Shown here in pieces: positions 33,628-43,800 of a stretch of DNA of 57,479 nucleotides (positions within the stretch are counted from its first letter, which is position 1; the number at the start of each line of letters is the position of its first letter). Location of the stretch: the NCBI GenBank assembly GCA_965661045.1, contig CBFICN010000003.1:1-57479 (forward strand), read 5' to 3'. The translations under genes were made by a program, and so were the position numbers. The DNA comes from an uncultured Myxococcota bacterium. GTDB taxonomy: Bacteria > Myxococcota_A > UBA796. Below the pieces are notes generated by a model, which saw only the letters and a list, made by a program, of their open reading frames with translations, did not search any database and had not been told where the DNA came from.

Positions 33628-34500
33628 ATGAAAAGGTATTTTGTCCCATCTCCTGTTGCAAATGGAGTTGCCCTATTGGTGGTTGGCGCGTACGCTCTTG
33701 CTTGTACAGAAACAAGAACGCTGGACGATGCGACCGAGTGGCAACAGATTGAACCAGACGATTTGAAACCTCTGTTGGACCCTGTGGCGATTGCCTTGCC
33801 TGAACCTTCCTTCGCGATGGGAAATGATCTAGACTTGGATGAAAGGCCAAAACATCAAGTGGCATTGACCAGTTCTTTTGTTGCGATGCGCAGCGAGGTG
33901 ACGCAGCAGCTCTATGAGCAGATCATGGAAGTGAACCCTTCCTTCTTTCAGCGCTGTGGTGACACCTGTCCAGTGGAAAAAGTACGTTGGATTGAAATCA
34001 TTGAGTTTGCCAATCGGGTCAACCTGATCCTGGGACTGCAACAGTGCTATGAAATTCAAGAGCAAGGCCATGTCGATTGGATAGATGGATATGACTGTAA
34101 CGGTTGGCGTTTGCCCACCGAAGCAGAGTGGGAGTGGATGGCAGGCAGTGGTCGTCCAAAGGGGCACATCCTCAATAAGTACGCTTGGTTTTCAGACAAT
34201 GCCAATACACAAACGCATCCCGTATGTTCTAGAACAGCGGACCTCAATGGCTTGTGCGATGTGTTGGGCAACGTACAAGAGTGGGTGTGGGATGTAGCGG
34301 ATGACTATCCGTCTTCTCATCCAGAAAGAGCCCGTACAAACCCGATTGGGCCAACTGAAGGCAAACACCATATCTTCAGAGGTGGCGCGTGGAATCGCTA
34401 TGGGGAAAACCTGACGGAGACCATTCGGAAAGATGCAGCTTATTTATTTCGGAACAATGATTTGGGCTTTCGGTTGGTTCGGACAACCTCTATAGACTAG
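33628..34500 (+). CDS. FGE-sulfatase (SUMF1) domain lipoprotein, paralog of 2431..3321
   Basis: ATG 33628. Lipobox-like VGAYALAC. GWRLPTEAEWEW, GNVQEWVWD, FRGGAW, LGFRLVR. Confidence 0.8.
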   Translation: MKRYFVPSPVANGVALLVVGAYALACTETRTLDDATEWQQIEPDDLKPLLDPVAIALPEPSFAMGNDLDLDERPKHQVALTSSFVAMRSEVTQQLYEQIMEVNPSFFQRCGDTCPVEKVRWIEIIEFANRVNLILGLQQCYEIQEQGHVDWIDGYDCNGWRLPTEAEWEWMAGSGRPKGHILNKYAWFSDNANTQTHPVCSRTADLNGLCDVLGNVQEWVWDVADDYPSSHPERARTNPIGPTEGKHHIFRGGAWNRYGENLTETIRKDAAYLFRNNDLGFRLVRTTSID

Positions 34501-34596
34501 TCATTGGGTACGCTTCTTTGAACTGAATGGCAATGAACACCCATTCATATTGTGTTACAGATAATCCAGTCGATTTTACTCAGAAAAGGAAACTGT

Positions 34597-35871
34597 ATGC
34601 ATTTTGAAGAACGTATCGCCATCATTGATGGTTTGAGATCCCCCTTTGTTAAATCTTGGAGTACATTGAACGGTATCGATCCTGTGACCTTGTCGACCCA
34701 CGTAACCAGAGAATTATTGTTTTCTGTTGGACTCGACATCGAAACGGTGGACCAAATTGTGTGGGGAACGGTTGTTTCCGTACCGAGATCACCAAACGTT
34801 GCCCGAGAAGTGGCGCTGAACTTAGGGCTGTACAGCACACCTGGATTTACGATTTCACGTGCCTGTGCCTCCGGATTTCAATCGATTGCTTCAGCGGCAG
34901 AGTCTCTTTGGATGGGGCACGCCTCCATCGCAGTGGCGGGGGGCGTCGATGTGACCAGTAATGCACCGGTCCCGCACAAGAAGGCGGTCATCGACAAGTT
35001 GCGTGCGTTACCCAAAGCGAGTACAGGTCAAAAAGTGAGTACCATTGCCGGTTTGAGACCCAGTGACTTTTTTCCTGTTCCTCCAGCCATTACCGAGCGC
35101 TTTACCGGCAAAACGATGGGCGAACACGCCGAAGACATGGCGAAGTATTTTGGCATTGCCCGCTCCGAACAGGAAGCGTTCGCCATTGAATCTCACAAAA
35201 AAGCCCACAAGGCGACCACTGAAGGGCACATTGCCAAACAAATTGCTCCGATTTTGAACGGCAAAAAGATGGTTGATTCCGACAACATCATTCGTCCGGA
35301 AATGAAACCAGAAAAACTCAAGAAGATGCGTCCTGTATTTGATAAAGTGGCGGGGAGTATTACCGCTGCGACCAGTTCTGCATTGACTGATGGAGCCAGT
35401 GCCGTGCTTTTGATGCGGGAAAGTACGGCCAAAGAGCTTGGTTTGACACCAAAGGGCTTCTTGAAGTCTTATGCGTTTCCAGCGTTGGACCCGCGTGAGA
35501 ATATGCTTCTTGGAAATGTGTATTCTGCTCCTATTGCGTTGGAAAGAGCCGGTTTGACCTTGCAAGACCTCGATCTGATTGAAATACACGAGGCTTTTGC
35601 TGCACAAGTATTGAGCAATTTGAAGTGCTTTGGCGATGACAAGTTCTTCCAAGAAAAATTGGGGAGAGACAAAGCTTTGGGGGACATTGATATGGACAAA
35701 CTCAACATTTGGGGTTCTTCTCTGGCCTATGGGCATCCTTTTGCAGCCACCGGTGGCAGAATGATCATGACCTTGTTGGATGCGTTGAAGCATACCGATG
35801 GTCAATATGGACTGGCCACAGCCTGTGCTGCGGGTGGACTTGGTGCTTCGATGATTGTAGAGCGCGCATAA
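34597..35871 (+). CDS. fadI: 3-ketoacyl-CoA thiolase (FadI/FadA-type acetyl-CoA C-acyltransferase)
   Basis: ATG 34597 after AAAGGAAA. ISRACASGFQSIASAA (active-site Cys), NIWGSSLAYGHPFAATGGR, ATACAAGGLGASMIVE. Confidence 0.9.
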   Translation: MHFEERIAIIDGLRSPFVKSWSTLNGIDPVTLSTHVTRELLFSVGLDIETVDQIVWGTVVSVPRSPNVAREVALNLGLYSTPGFTISRACASGFQSIASAAESLWMGHASIAVAGGVDVTSNAPVPHKKAVIDKLRALPKASTGQKVSTIAGLRPSDFFPVPPAITERFTGKTMGEHAEDMAKYFGIARSEQEAFAIESHKKAHKATTEGHIAKQIAPILNGKKMVDSDNIIRPEMKPEKLKKMRPVFDKVAGSITAATSSALTDGASAVLLMRESTAKELGLTPKGFLKSYAFPALDPRENMLLGNVYSAPIALERAGLTLQDLDLIEIHEAFAAQVLSNLKCFGDDKFFQEKLGRDKALGDIDMDKLNIWGSSLAYGHPFAATGGRMIMTLLDALKHTDGQYGLATACAAGGLGASMIVERA

Positions 35872-35894
35872 ACGACTCAGATGGAGAACTCCCT

Positions 35895-38357
35895 ATGACA
35901 CAAAATACAGAAACAAATGCACAAATCCGTCTTGAACAACCCGATGCAAATGGTGTTGCCGTCGTCTGGATTGATATGCCGGACAGCAAAGTGAACGTCC
36001 TCAATACCGATACTTTACCAGAGTTCAATGCACTGATGACAGAAGTCAAAGCAAACCGCAGCATCAAGGCGGTCGTGATTGCATCAGGCAAAGAAAATAA
36101 TTTCATTGCAGGTGCCGACATTTCGATGTTGAATACGGTCACCAGTGTCTCTGATGGGGTGGAATTGTCCAAACAGGGACAACAGGCCATGAACGATTTG
36201 GCATCATTCCCTGTACCAGAGGTCGCCGCCATTCATGGTGACTGTTTGGGTGGAGGACTGGAACTGGCCTTGGCTTGTACTGCGCGGGTTGCTTCTGACA
36301 GTCCCAAAACCAAGATGGCTTTGCCAGAGGTGATGCTTGGCTTGCTTCCAGGGGCTGGGGGCACAAGACGTCTTCCCAAACTGATTGGGTTGGCGGAGGC
36401 TTTGCCAATGATGTTGACGGGGAAGAATATTCGAGCTCGAAAAGCCTTAAAAATGGGGTTGGTAGACAAAGTGGTTCCACGAGTGTGGTTGCTGGATGAA
36501 GCCAAGAAATTCGCTGCGGAATTGGCCTCAAAGCGACTTCCTGTACCGGCACGCAAAGCCAAAGGAAATTGGACTGCTCAAATGACGCGTTGGGCGATGG
36601 ACTCTCTGGGACCGGTGCAAAATCTTGTGTTTAACAAAGCGGTTGAAGGGGTGATGAAGCAAACCAAAGGTCTGTATCCAGCTCCGTTGAAGATCATTGA
36701 TGTGTTGAAAGCCGATACCGACGACGCCGAGGCGCAAGGGTTTGGAGAATTGTTGATGACGCCGGAATCTCAAGGGTTGAGGCACTTGTTCCATTGCATT
36801 ACCCATCTGAAAAAGGACGATGGCGATCATACTGAGAATGTCGATGCCCGATCCGTTCACCACGTGGGGATTTTGGGTGCGGGTCTGATGGGTGGTGGAA
36901 TCGGTACGGTACTGGTCGACAAGGGCATCACGGTCCGTATGAAAGACATTTCCTATGACGGGATTCAAACGGCTATGGGGTACGCCAATACGTATTTCTC
37001 CAAGGCCGTGAAACGTCGCCGCTATCCAAAAGCGGGCAGAGATGAGAGAATGAACCGGTTGAGTGGTGGGTTGGATTACCGTGGCTTTGCCCATGCAGAT
37101 GTGGTGATTGAGGCCGTTCCAGAGATTCTTGAGCTGAAACAGGACATGGTTCTGCAAATTGAAGAACTGACACACAAAGACGCCATTTTTGCAACCAATA
37201 CATCATCGTTGCCGATTACCGAGATCGCAGCAAAGGCAAAACATCCTGAGCGGGTAATTGGGATGCACTTTTTTAGTCCAGTAGAGAAGATGCCGTTGGT
37301 TGAACTCATCGTTACCGAGTACACCAGTTCAGAAGTGACCAAAACGGTTTCCAAACTGGCCCGCAAAATGGGCAAGCACGTTATTATTGTCAACGATTGC
37401 GCAGGTTTCTATACCACCCGCGCGTTGGCACCCTATTTGACTGAAGCCATCTTTATGTTGCTTGAAGGCTATGATGCGTTGGATGTGGATCAGGCAGCCA
37501 TGGAAGCCGGGTTCCCAGTGGGACCAATCACCTTGCTCGACGAGGTGGGTATCGATGTTGGGGCCAAGATCATTCGGGTGATGCAAAAGTATTACGGTGA
37601 TCGCATGCAGTTTCCAGACATGACAACCATAGACAATTTCATTGCTGAAAAGCGCTTTGGCAAAAAGAACAGCAAGGGTTTTTTCGTCTATGAAAATGGG
37701 AAGTCCAAGATGGTCAACGGCAAAAAAGTAGTGGACCAGACCATCAAACGGCATTTACCAAAAGTCGAAGCCCGCAACACCAACATTGAAAGTCGAAAAT
37801 TGCTGGCCAAACGTCTCAAGTTTATCTTCATGAATGAAGCGATGCACTGCTTGGAAGAAGGCATCTTACGAGACCCAGAGGCTGGAGACCTTGGCGCGAT
37901 CATGGGAATTGGGTTCCCACCCTTTACAGGTGGCCCTTTTGCGTTGATGGACAGCATCGGCACCAACAAGGTGGTATTTGATTTAGACGATTACGCCGCG
38001 AAATTTGGTTCTCGTTTCTCGCCACCCAAACTGTTGCGTGAGTTGGCTGCGTTCAACACACCGGTCTATGAGTATTGGAAGACGAAACGTTCTGAAACGG
38101 CGTATGCAGTGGAAGAAACTGGGACGGATGATTCTGAAGATACTGGTGTTCCAGATGCACAGAGCGCTGAAATATCCAATGACCACTTTGAACCTCAGCC
38201 TGAATCTCAACAAACAGACATCTCGATTGCTGATGCAGGGGAGCAAGAATCCGTGGCAATAGAGACCGACGCCACAGAAAATGCTGACGGCGTAGAAGTC
38301 GAGGAAGTCGAAAATAGAGAGGAAATCGAAGATAGAGAGGACAGCGAAGAAGGCTAG
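35895..38357 (+). CDS. fadJ: Fatty-acid oxidation complex alpha subunit (enoyl-CoA hydratase + 3-hydroxyacyl-CoA dehydrogenase) with an 88-aa acidic C-terminal tail
   Basis: ATG 35895 after GGAGAA. Crotonase part (FIAGADI, GDCLGGGLELALAC), NAD fold ILGAGLMGGGIG, HFFSPVEKMPLVE. Tail SETAYAVEETGTDDSED...EEVENREEIEDREDSEEG. Confidence 0.9.
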   Translation: MTQNTETNAQIRLEQPDANGVAVVWIDMPDSKVNVLNTDTLPEFNALMTEVKANRSIKAVVIASGKENNFIAGADISMLNTVTSVSDGVELSKQGQQAMNDLASFPVPEVAAIHGDCLGGGLELALACTARVASDSPKTKMALPEVMLGLLPGAGGTRRLPKLIGLAEALPMMLTGKNIRARKALKMGLVDKVVPRVWLLDEAKKFAAELASKRLPVPARKAKGNWTAQMTRWAMDSLGPVQNLVFNKAVEGVMKQTKGLYPAPLKIIDVLKADTDDAEAQGFGELLMTPESQGLRHLFHCITHLKKDDGDHTENVDARSVHHVGILGAGLMGGGIGTVLVDKGITVRMKDISYDGIQTAMGYANTYFSKAVKRRRYPKAGRDERMNRLSGGLDYRGFAHADVVIEAVPEILELKQDMVLQIEELTHKDAIFATNTSSLPITEIAAKAKHPERVIGMHFFSPVEKMPLVELIVTEYTSSEVTKTVSKLARKMGKHVIIVNDCAGFYTTRALAPYLTEAIFMLLEGYDALDVDQAAMEAGFPVGPITLLDEVGIDVGAKIIRVMQKYYGDRMQFPDMTTIDNFIAEKRFGKKNSKGFFVYENGKSKMVNGKKVVDQTIKRHLPKVEARNTNIESRKLLAKRLKFIFMNEAMHCLEEGILRDPEAGDLGAIMGIGFPPFTGGPFALMDSIGTNKVVFDLDDYAAKFGSRFSPPKLLRELAAFNTPVYEYWKTKRSETAYAVEETGTDDSEDTGVPDAQSAEISNDHFEPQPESQQTDISIADAGEQESVAIETDATENADGVEVEEVENREEIEDREDSEEG

Positions 38358-38421
38358 ATGTTACTGGATCCAGTTTTATATACAAATTGGTACAAAGATG
38401 GTGGTTGAGTTTCAAGAAGTC

Positions 38422-39240
38422 TTATTTGGCTTGTTGTCGTTGCAGCCACCACCACGCCGGTACGGATATCAGTAGAATGGATCCCAGCCAAGCGCTGAGT
38501 ACACCGAGAATATTGCCAAACATTGGAAATGTGACGATGCACAGCAATGCATACAGTGCCACCGAACTGGAGCCCAGCATCATTGGTCCTACGGCACCTG
38601 CTTGGACTGCCTCTCCTTGTGAGAGCCAAATGGACACCATAGTGGTGAGGAAAATGGCAGGAAATACCGATGCCATTCCCGCCAACACTGGGTAGCCCAA
38701 TCCCGCTATCCAAGCGGACAGTCCAACGGCGAATCCAGCCAACAGACCCCTTGAGAGCAACACAAAAATCGATACAGGTCGCTTTCCTTTGGGGGTAGGC
38801 ACCCCATCCAAACAGGCCCAAATCCCAAATGACAGCAACAGTACTTGCCCAACGATGCCGACCATCAAGACTTGATCGTCATTGACTCTGTCCATGAACC
38901 ACACAAAACCGCTTGCGGATATGGCCCATATCATCAAAGAGATTCCACTCATCCATCCCAAGCGTACTCTCAAAGGGTGTGTCGGTGACAGTTTTGGAGG
39001 AACAACCCTCCAGGTATACAGAAAGAGCGCATTGATCAGCATACCGATGGGAACCACAGCCAATGCCGCTGTCAATTCTGTTGTGTTGGCAGAATGGGAG
39101 AGAAACCCCAACGACGCAGGAACGATGGTGGTGGGGATCGACCCCAATAATCCTCCCAACGCGCCTCCAAACTTCTCAATGCAGACCGTGGCAAAAATAG
39201 CCATGGCGCCAGCGAGAAGAGCGACCCACAAGACGGACAT
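38422..39240 (-). CDS. Polytopic membrane protein of unknown function
   Basis: About 8 hydrophobic segments. I prefer ATG 39240 (MSVLWVALLAG...); the ORF track extends to 39330. Confidence 0.5.
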   Translation of the reverse strand: MSVLWVALLAGAMAIFATVCIEKFGGALGGLLGSIPTTIVPASLGFLSHSANTTELTAALAVVPIGMLINALFLYTWRVVPPKLSPTHPLRVRLGWMSGISLMIWAISASGFVWFMDRVNDDQVLMVGIVGQVLLLSFGIWACLDGVPTPKGKRPVSIFVLLSRGLLAGFAVGLSAWIAGLGYPVLAGMASVFPAIFLTTMVSIWLSQGEAVQAGAVGPMMLGSSSVALYALLCIVTFPMFGNILGVLSAWLGSILLISVPAWWWLQRQQAK

Positions 39241-39381
39241 TAGACGATGCCCATCCAGTAACTCATCGTGAGATAGGGCAGTCCTATGCCAACAACAACG
39301 ATAAAGGCACACCCAGAGTTTTTGCGCCACGAGCGTTTTTTCATCCAGTCTTCATCGTTCATTGTGTTCTCCATATACTCT

Positions 39382-39753
39382 CTAGGAATTGTCTTGTAAC
39401 ATCTCCAGCAACTGATTGGCGTCCACAAGTTTCTTGAGATCGGTAAAACCCCCAACGAGTACGCCTTTGACGAACACTTGTGGAAAGGTTGGCCAGCCAG
39501 ACCACATTTTGATCGCCAATCGAGGTTTCCACTGGGATATGTAGGACCCATACTCCAAATAGGTGAACGGTTGATTGTTGCTTTTGAGCAGTCGACACGC
39601 GCGTTTGACAAATGGATTCCAAGCCATTCCGACGACAACGATGTCATCTTGTTGCACATGGTTGGCGACTTCTGCAATCACGTTGGCATGATAACCAGTC
39701 ACTGTTGCTGCAATGGTCGGGGATAATCTTTCCAGAACGGGACGTGTTGTCAT
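39382..39753 (-). CDS. Glutaredoxin-fold protein lacking the active-site cysteine
   Basis: 123 aa. WPTFPQVFVKGVLVGGFTDL matches the Grx4 core (WPTFPQLWVDGELVGGCDI), but the CGFS position reads VGMAWNPFVKRA. Confidence 0.6.
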   Translation of the reverse strand: MTTRPVLERLSPTIAATVTGYHANVIAEVANHVQQDDIVVVGMAWNPFVKRACRLLKSNNQPFTYLEYGSYISQWKPRLAIKMWSGWPTFPQVFVKGVLVGGFTDLKKLVDANQLLEMLQDNS

Positions 39754-39898
39754 AGTGTCTCCAAGAGTGTAAATATGTTCATTTCATATATGAACAGTGC
39801 AAAAAGTCCACCCATCGAATACAGATTCGAATATATTGATAGAATCAAGCTCTCTTTTGACACTTGTATTCTTGGAATCAATCACCAATGAGGAAACC

Positions 39899-40801
39899 AT
39901 GCTAATTTTGATGTCTTGGATGTTGTCGACGGCCGATGCGTATGTCGATCCAGCTTGTATGGCAATTGCAGACACCGATGGGGATGGCGTTGCCGGACCT
40001 GCCCCCGAAGACTATTCGGAGACACAGCAAAACAATTACCTTCTCAACTTCTATTCTTTGGCGACGACTTTCTCTGCGTTGCACGCTCCGATTCCACACG
40101 AACCAGGAACGGGGTCTATGGGGTTGGAATTGTCAATGATGCCGGCTTTGGCCTGTGATAAGCGCTTGGTGTTGAGTTATACCAAAACGGAAGACACCAA
40201 CAAAACACCGGTGTTGCCTCGTCCCAGAGGGTCTTTTGCATTTCCAAGTATTGATTTGAGCAATGGAAAATCCATTGTGCCCTACGCTGGGTTCGGCTAT
40301 GTACCACCGGTTCCCATTGGCGGTACTCGAAATGTGATGGTTTCAATGGAGGCGGGTGCGGGTTATGCTGATTTAAAGGAAGGTAAGTGGCAAGCCGGTC
40401 TTCGTTACCATGCAACGCTCATGCGAACGGTCGGAGAGATCGCGACGCCTTTTGATATCAACGACCCTGCATACATCGATTTGTATTTGGGCTCAACATT
40501 TGGATTGGACGCTTCGGTTGGGTACAAAAGCGGTGACTTTACCCACTATGCTTCGGCCGGATGGTTGGATGTGAGTACGTTCTTCTACATTGACGATGAT
40601 GCTGTAGTCTCCAACAATACAGTCCCCTATGCGGGACCCACCATCTCCATCGGCTCTCAGTGGAAAGCCAAAGAGTTTTTGGATGTGGCTGGAGAAGTGT
40701 ACGCCGCCCCCACGACCCTCTTTGATTTGGATGGGTTTAACATTTCTCCAAAAGATGGGTCGATTTACACTGCTCGTTTTAAAGTTGGCTATCTGTTTTA
40801 A
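39899..40801 (+). CDS. Putative outer-membrane beta-barrel protein
   Basis: ATG 39899 after GAGGAAACC. Signal MLILMSWMLSTADA. Alternating-hydrophobicity strands; C-terminal ...RFKVGYLF ends in Phe as in OMP sorting signals. Confidence 0.5.
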   Translation: MLILMSWMLSTADAYVDPACMAIADTDGDGVAGPAPEDYSETQQNNYLLNFYSLATTFSALHAPIPHEPGTGSMGLELSMMPALACDKRLVLSYTKTEDTNKTPVLPRPRGSFAFPSIDLSNGKSIVPYAGFGYVPPVPIGGTRNVMVSMEAGAGYADLKEGKWQAGLRYHATLMRTVGEIATPFDINDPAYIDLYLGSTFGLDASVGYKSGDFTHYASAGWLDVSTFFYIDDDAVVSNNTVPYAGPTISIGSQWKAKEFLDVAGEVYAAPTTLFDLDGFNISPKDGSIYTARFKVGYLF

Positions 40802-40856
40802 GCAGTGAGGTGGTGGTGAGGTCACAGAGTGGGCATCCGTATTGCACTGTTCTTGC

Positions 40857-43800
40857 TTATTGATCCTCTTGAGCACGTTCGAGCGCTTCAATGATGGCGG
40901 GTCGCAACTGCTTAGCCTCAATAATTGCGTCGAGTGAACCAACATCAATTGCCCGTTGAACGCTGTGGATATTGTCAAACTCAGTTGCGATGATGCCACG
41001 TTTCTCCAACGTCAATGTAGTGAGCATTTTGTTGCGTTCTTCTAGCAAAAATGGTTTTTCTGCATTTCGGGCTTCTTGGATTCGCTTGTCCAGTTCGATC
41101 AAGCGTTCATCTTCATTGACCAGCGCTTTGACTTTTCGAGGGAATACGACCGCAGCAGCCGGTGCGCCTCCAATAACAGAGGCAAAGGAACCTTCGACTG
41201 CAATGGCCGTGATATTGGGGTTGAGTGCTTTGGAAAACACCACATAGGCCCCACCGTGATAGCGCCCAATCACGACGAAGACGATCGGTGATGCACAGTT
41301 GACCACTGCGCGTCCAATTTCCGCGCCGTACTCTAGTTGCAATCTGCGCAACGACTCGGGTGAACCATCAAACCCACTGAGATTGGCCAGTACCACGATC
41401 GGCGTTTGTCCACTGGCTGCATTGATGGCGCGCGCAATCTTTTTGGAACTTTGCGGAAATAGGGTACCCCCAGTCCAGGTGTCGGGGCCATCCAAGGGCA
41501 CTCGACCACGCCGCAAGATCGGTTGGGATTCAATTCCAATGACTGTGCTGGAAATCCCTCCAATGTGCGCAGACCACACAATGGCCGATTCTCCTTGGTG
41601 CAGTTGAGCAAAGCGTTCAAGATACTGACTGTCCTGATCAATCAGTGCTTGCATCACTTGACGAATGGCGAACGGCTTTTTTCGTTCTGGGTTGTGCTCT
41701 TTCGAAAAGATATCCCCAATCCGTTTGAAGTAGGGGTGATTCTCATCGGTATAGGGATGTAAGCACACATTTCTATTGGGAGAGTCATTGGTCAACTGTT
41801 TGGGAGATCGACCGGTTTGTGGGTCACAGAAGGTGTGTCGATAAATCTCAAACAAGAGGGCATAGGCCTCTCCCAAATCAGCAACTCGGTATTGGGATTG
41901 TCCGTTTGGTCCCATGATGCGCTCAACACCACCGATGCCACGCTCGTCTTCAGCAGAAACGCCCCCTGAAAAGTCCAGTGCCTTCTTCCCTGTGAGAACC
42001 ATGGCGGCTTGGGTTGTCATAATCAACACCCCTTTGGTGTGCATGAGCATCGTGGCTTCTGCATTCCAGTACGATTGCGCACCCACGTTGATTCCGTGTA
42101 CAATGACGTGAATGACCCCACCTGATTGGGTAAATTGGATGATTCGCTCCAGAACTCGGGCAGTCCAGTCAAGGTTTTCCGTACCGGAGTTCATGGATAT
42201 CATGGCCCCAGCCGAAACAGGGACCCACTCAACAGGAATGCTCAGTTCTAAAGCCAAATCAAGCGCCGCCATAATGCGAGAACACTCTTTTTCTGCCAGT
42301 GACCCCATCGCTTTCGTTGAGTCGGATCCAATCCAAATGCGTTGCATTCCTTGTGGAAATTTACTCGTGGTGTTGTTGATAATTCCTACAACGACACCAC
42401 AATTGTTTTGACCAAAGGGTCTCAACACTGGAACAAACTGACCACTGGAATTGAAGTCGTATTCTTGAAAACGACCGTTTCGCATGTCTGGATGTGGAAT
42501 GTTCAATGCGGTGGGAGACCCTTCAAGCATTCGAATGATTTCATATGGGTAGACGTGTCCAAACTTCTGGGCCCGTACGGCCTTCATATCATAGGTGGAC
42601 ATCGGTGGGATGGCCAGATGGTTGTCGAGCCAGTTGAATTCAAGCTGGTTGTTTCCTGACCGTCGGAGCTGAATGGTCGACCATTGGAATCGACTCGCCC
42701 GGGTTCGTAGGTGCAACTGAACTTCTCTAAGGTTTAAGCCACGCGTGTAGGGCTCTAACTGCTTGGCAAACAGTTGCAGCTCGGCTTCGTTGGTGTCCAA
42801 CTGGGGGTGGATGTGAAAGTAGAGCCAGTTCCACTGCAATCGTGATCGCTTTGTGCGTTGAGACTGTGTACTTCGGATCGCGCGAATGGCTTCAAAAAAT
42901 ACCCGTTCAAAGTGACGCAAGGGAAATGCTGCCCCTTCCGTGGAAGAGCCAAACACCTCGGCCAGCACAAAGATCCGTTCGTCTTTGGCATTGCTGTGGG
43001 CTTGTCCCAAAAACGCATAGATGTGTTCTTGTGAATAAATGCGAGACAGTTTGAACTCTTTGAGCCTTTCTAGTTTCAGTCGACTGGCAACTTGAGGGTG
43101 GATGTCGTTGAGCAAGGTTTGGAAGCGCCATTGTCCCTTTTGATAGACAAAGGTTCGATGGTGCGCCAGTTCGTTGTTCATCCAGGTCAGCGTGATGCGT
43201 TTGGGTTGAATCGGGAGTGTTGTCAGCAGGATGGGGGCTTGTTCAAGCCAAGACTCATCCAGTCCTTGGGGCAGTACAAATTCCAAATAGGTTGCCGGAT
43301 TGATCATCAGTTGCAAAATCTGTAGGATATTGTCTTTTGTGGTGTCGGGTTTGAACAGGATGGACAGGATGCGATCGGACTGGTTGATTTTCCCTTCGAC
43401 CAGAGCGTGCCCCTCTACCTCGGCATCATTTGTCCAAGTGTAGGTCTCCCCAATGTAAAAACGACGCGTCAGCGCTTCAATGATTCGGTGCGGTTGAGCG
43501 CCACTCTGCATTTGATACAGCGTTTGTTGGAGGGCTTGTGGTGATCGGCCAAGTTTCCGCATAACGGTGCGAACCACTTTGCTGTCGGCGTCGTAAGATT
43601 CCATACTCGAAAACATTTCCTGAACGGCTGCGGTTAGGGCTTCCATTTGTCGTCTGTTTTCACCGTGGGCAAAGAACAGGTGGTGGGCATGAATCGCATT
43701 GTCCTGTACATAAGGGTGGTCGGTGTGGGCCGCTTGACCTGTTTTTTCAAGGATGTCTTCAAGTTCTGCCGGTGGAGTCCAGTTGGTTTGGTGTAAGCGG

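Noticed and set aside
35709-35894. Upstream extension of FadJ overlapping the end of fadI
   Set aside because: The translation is Trp/Cys-rich nonsense. A GGAGAA RBS and ATG 35895 give the canonical FadJ N-terminus.
40802-40856. Possible bidirectional terminator between the OMP gene and the carboxylase gene (AAGCAGTG ... CACTGTTCTTGCTT)
   Set aside because: The arms pair only imperfectly over a long (more than 30 nt) loop, with no clear U-tract. Not convincing by hand.
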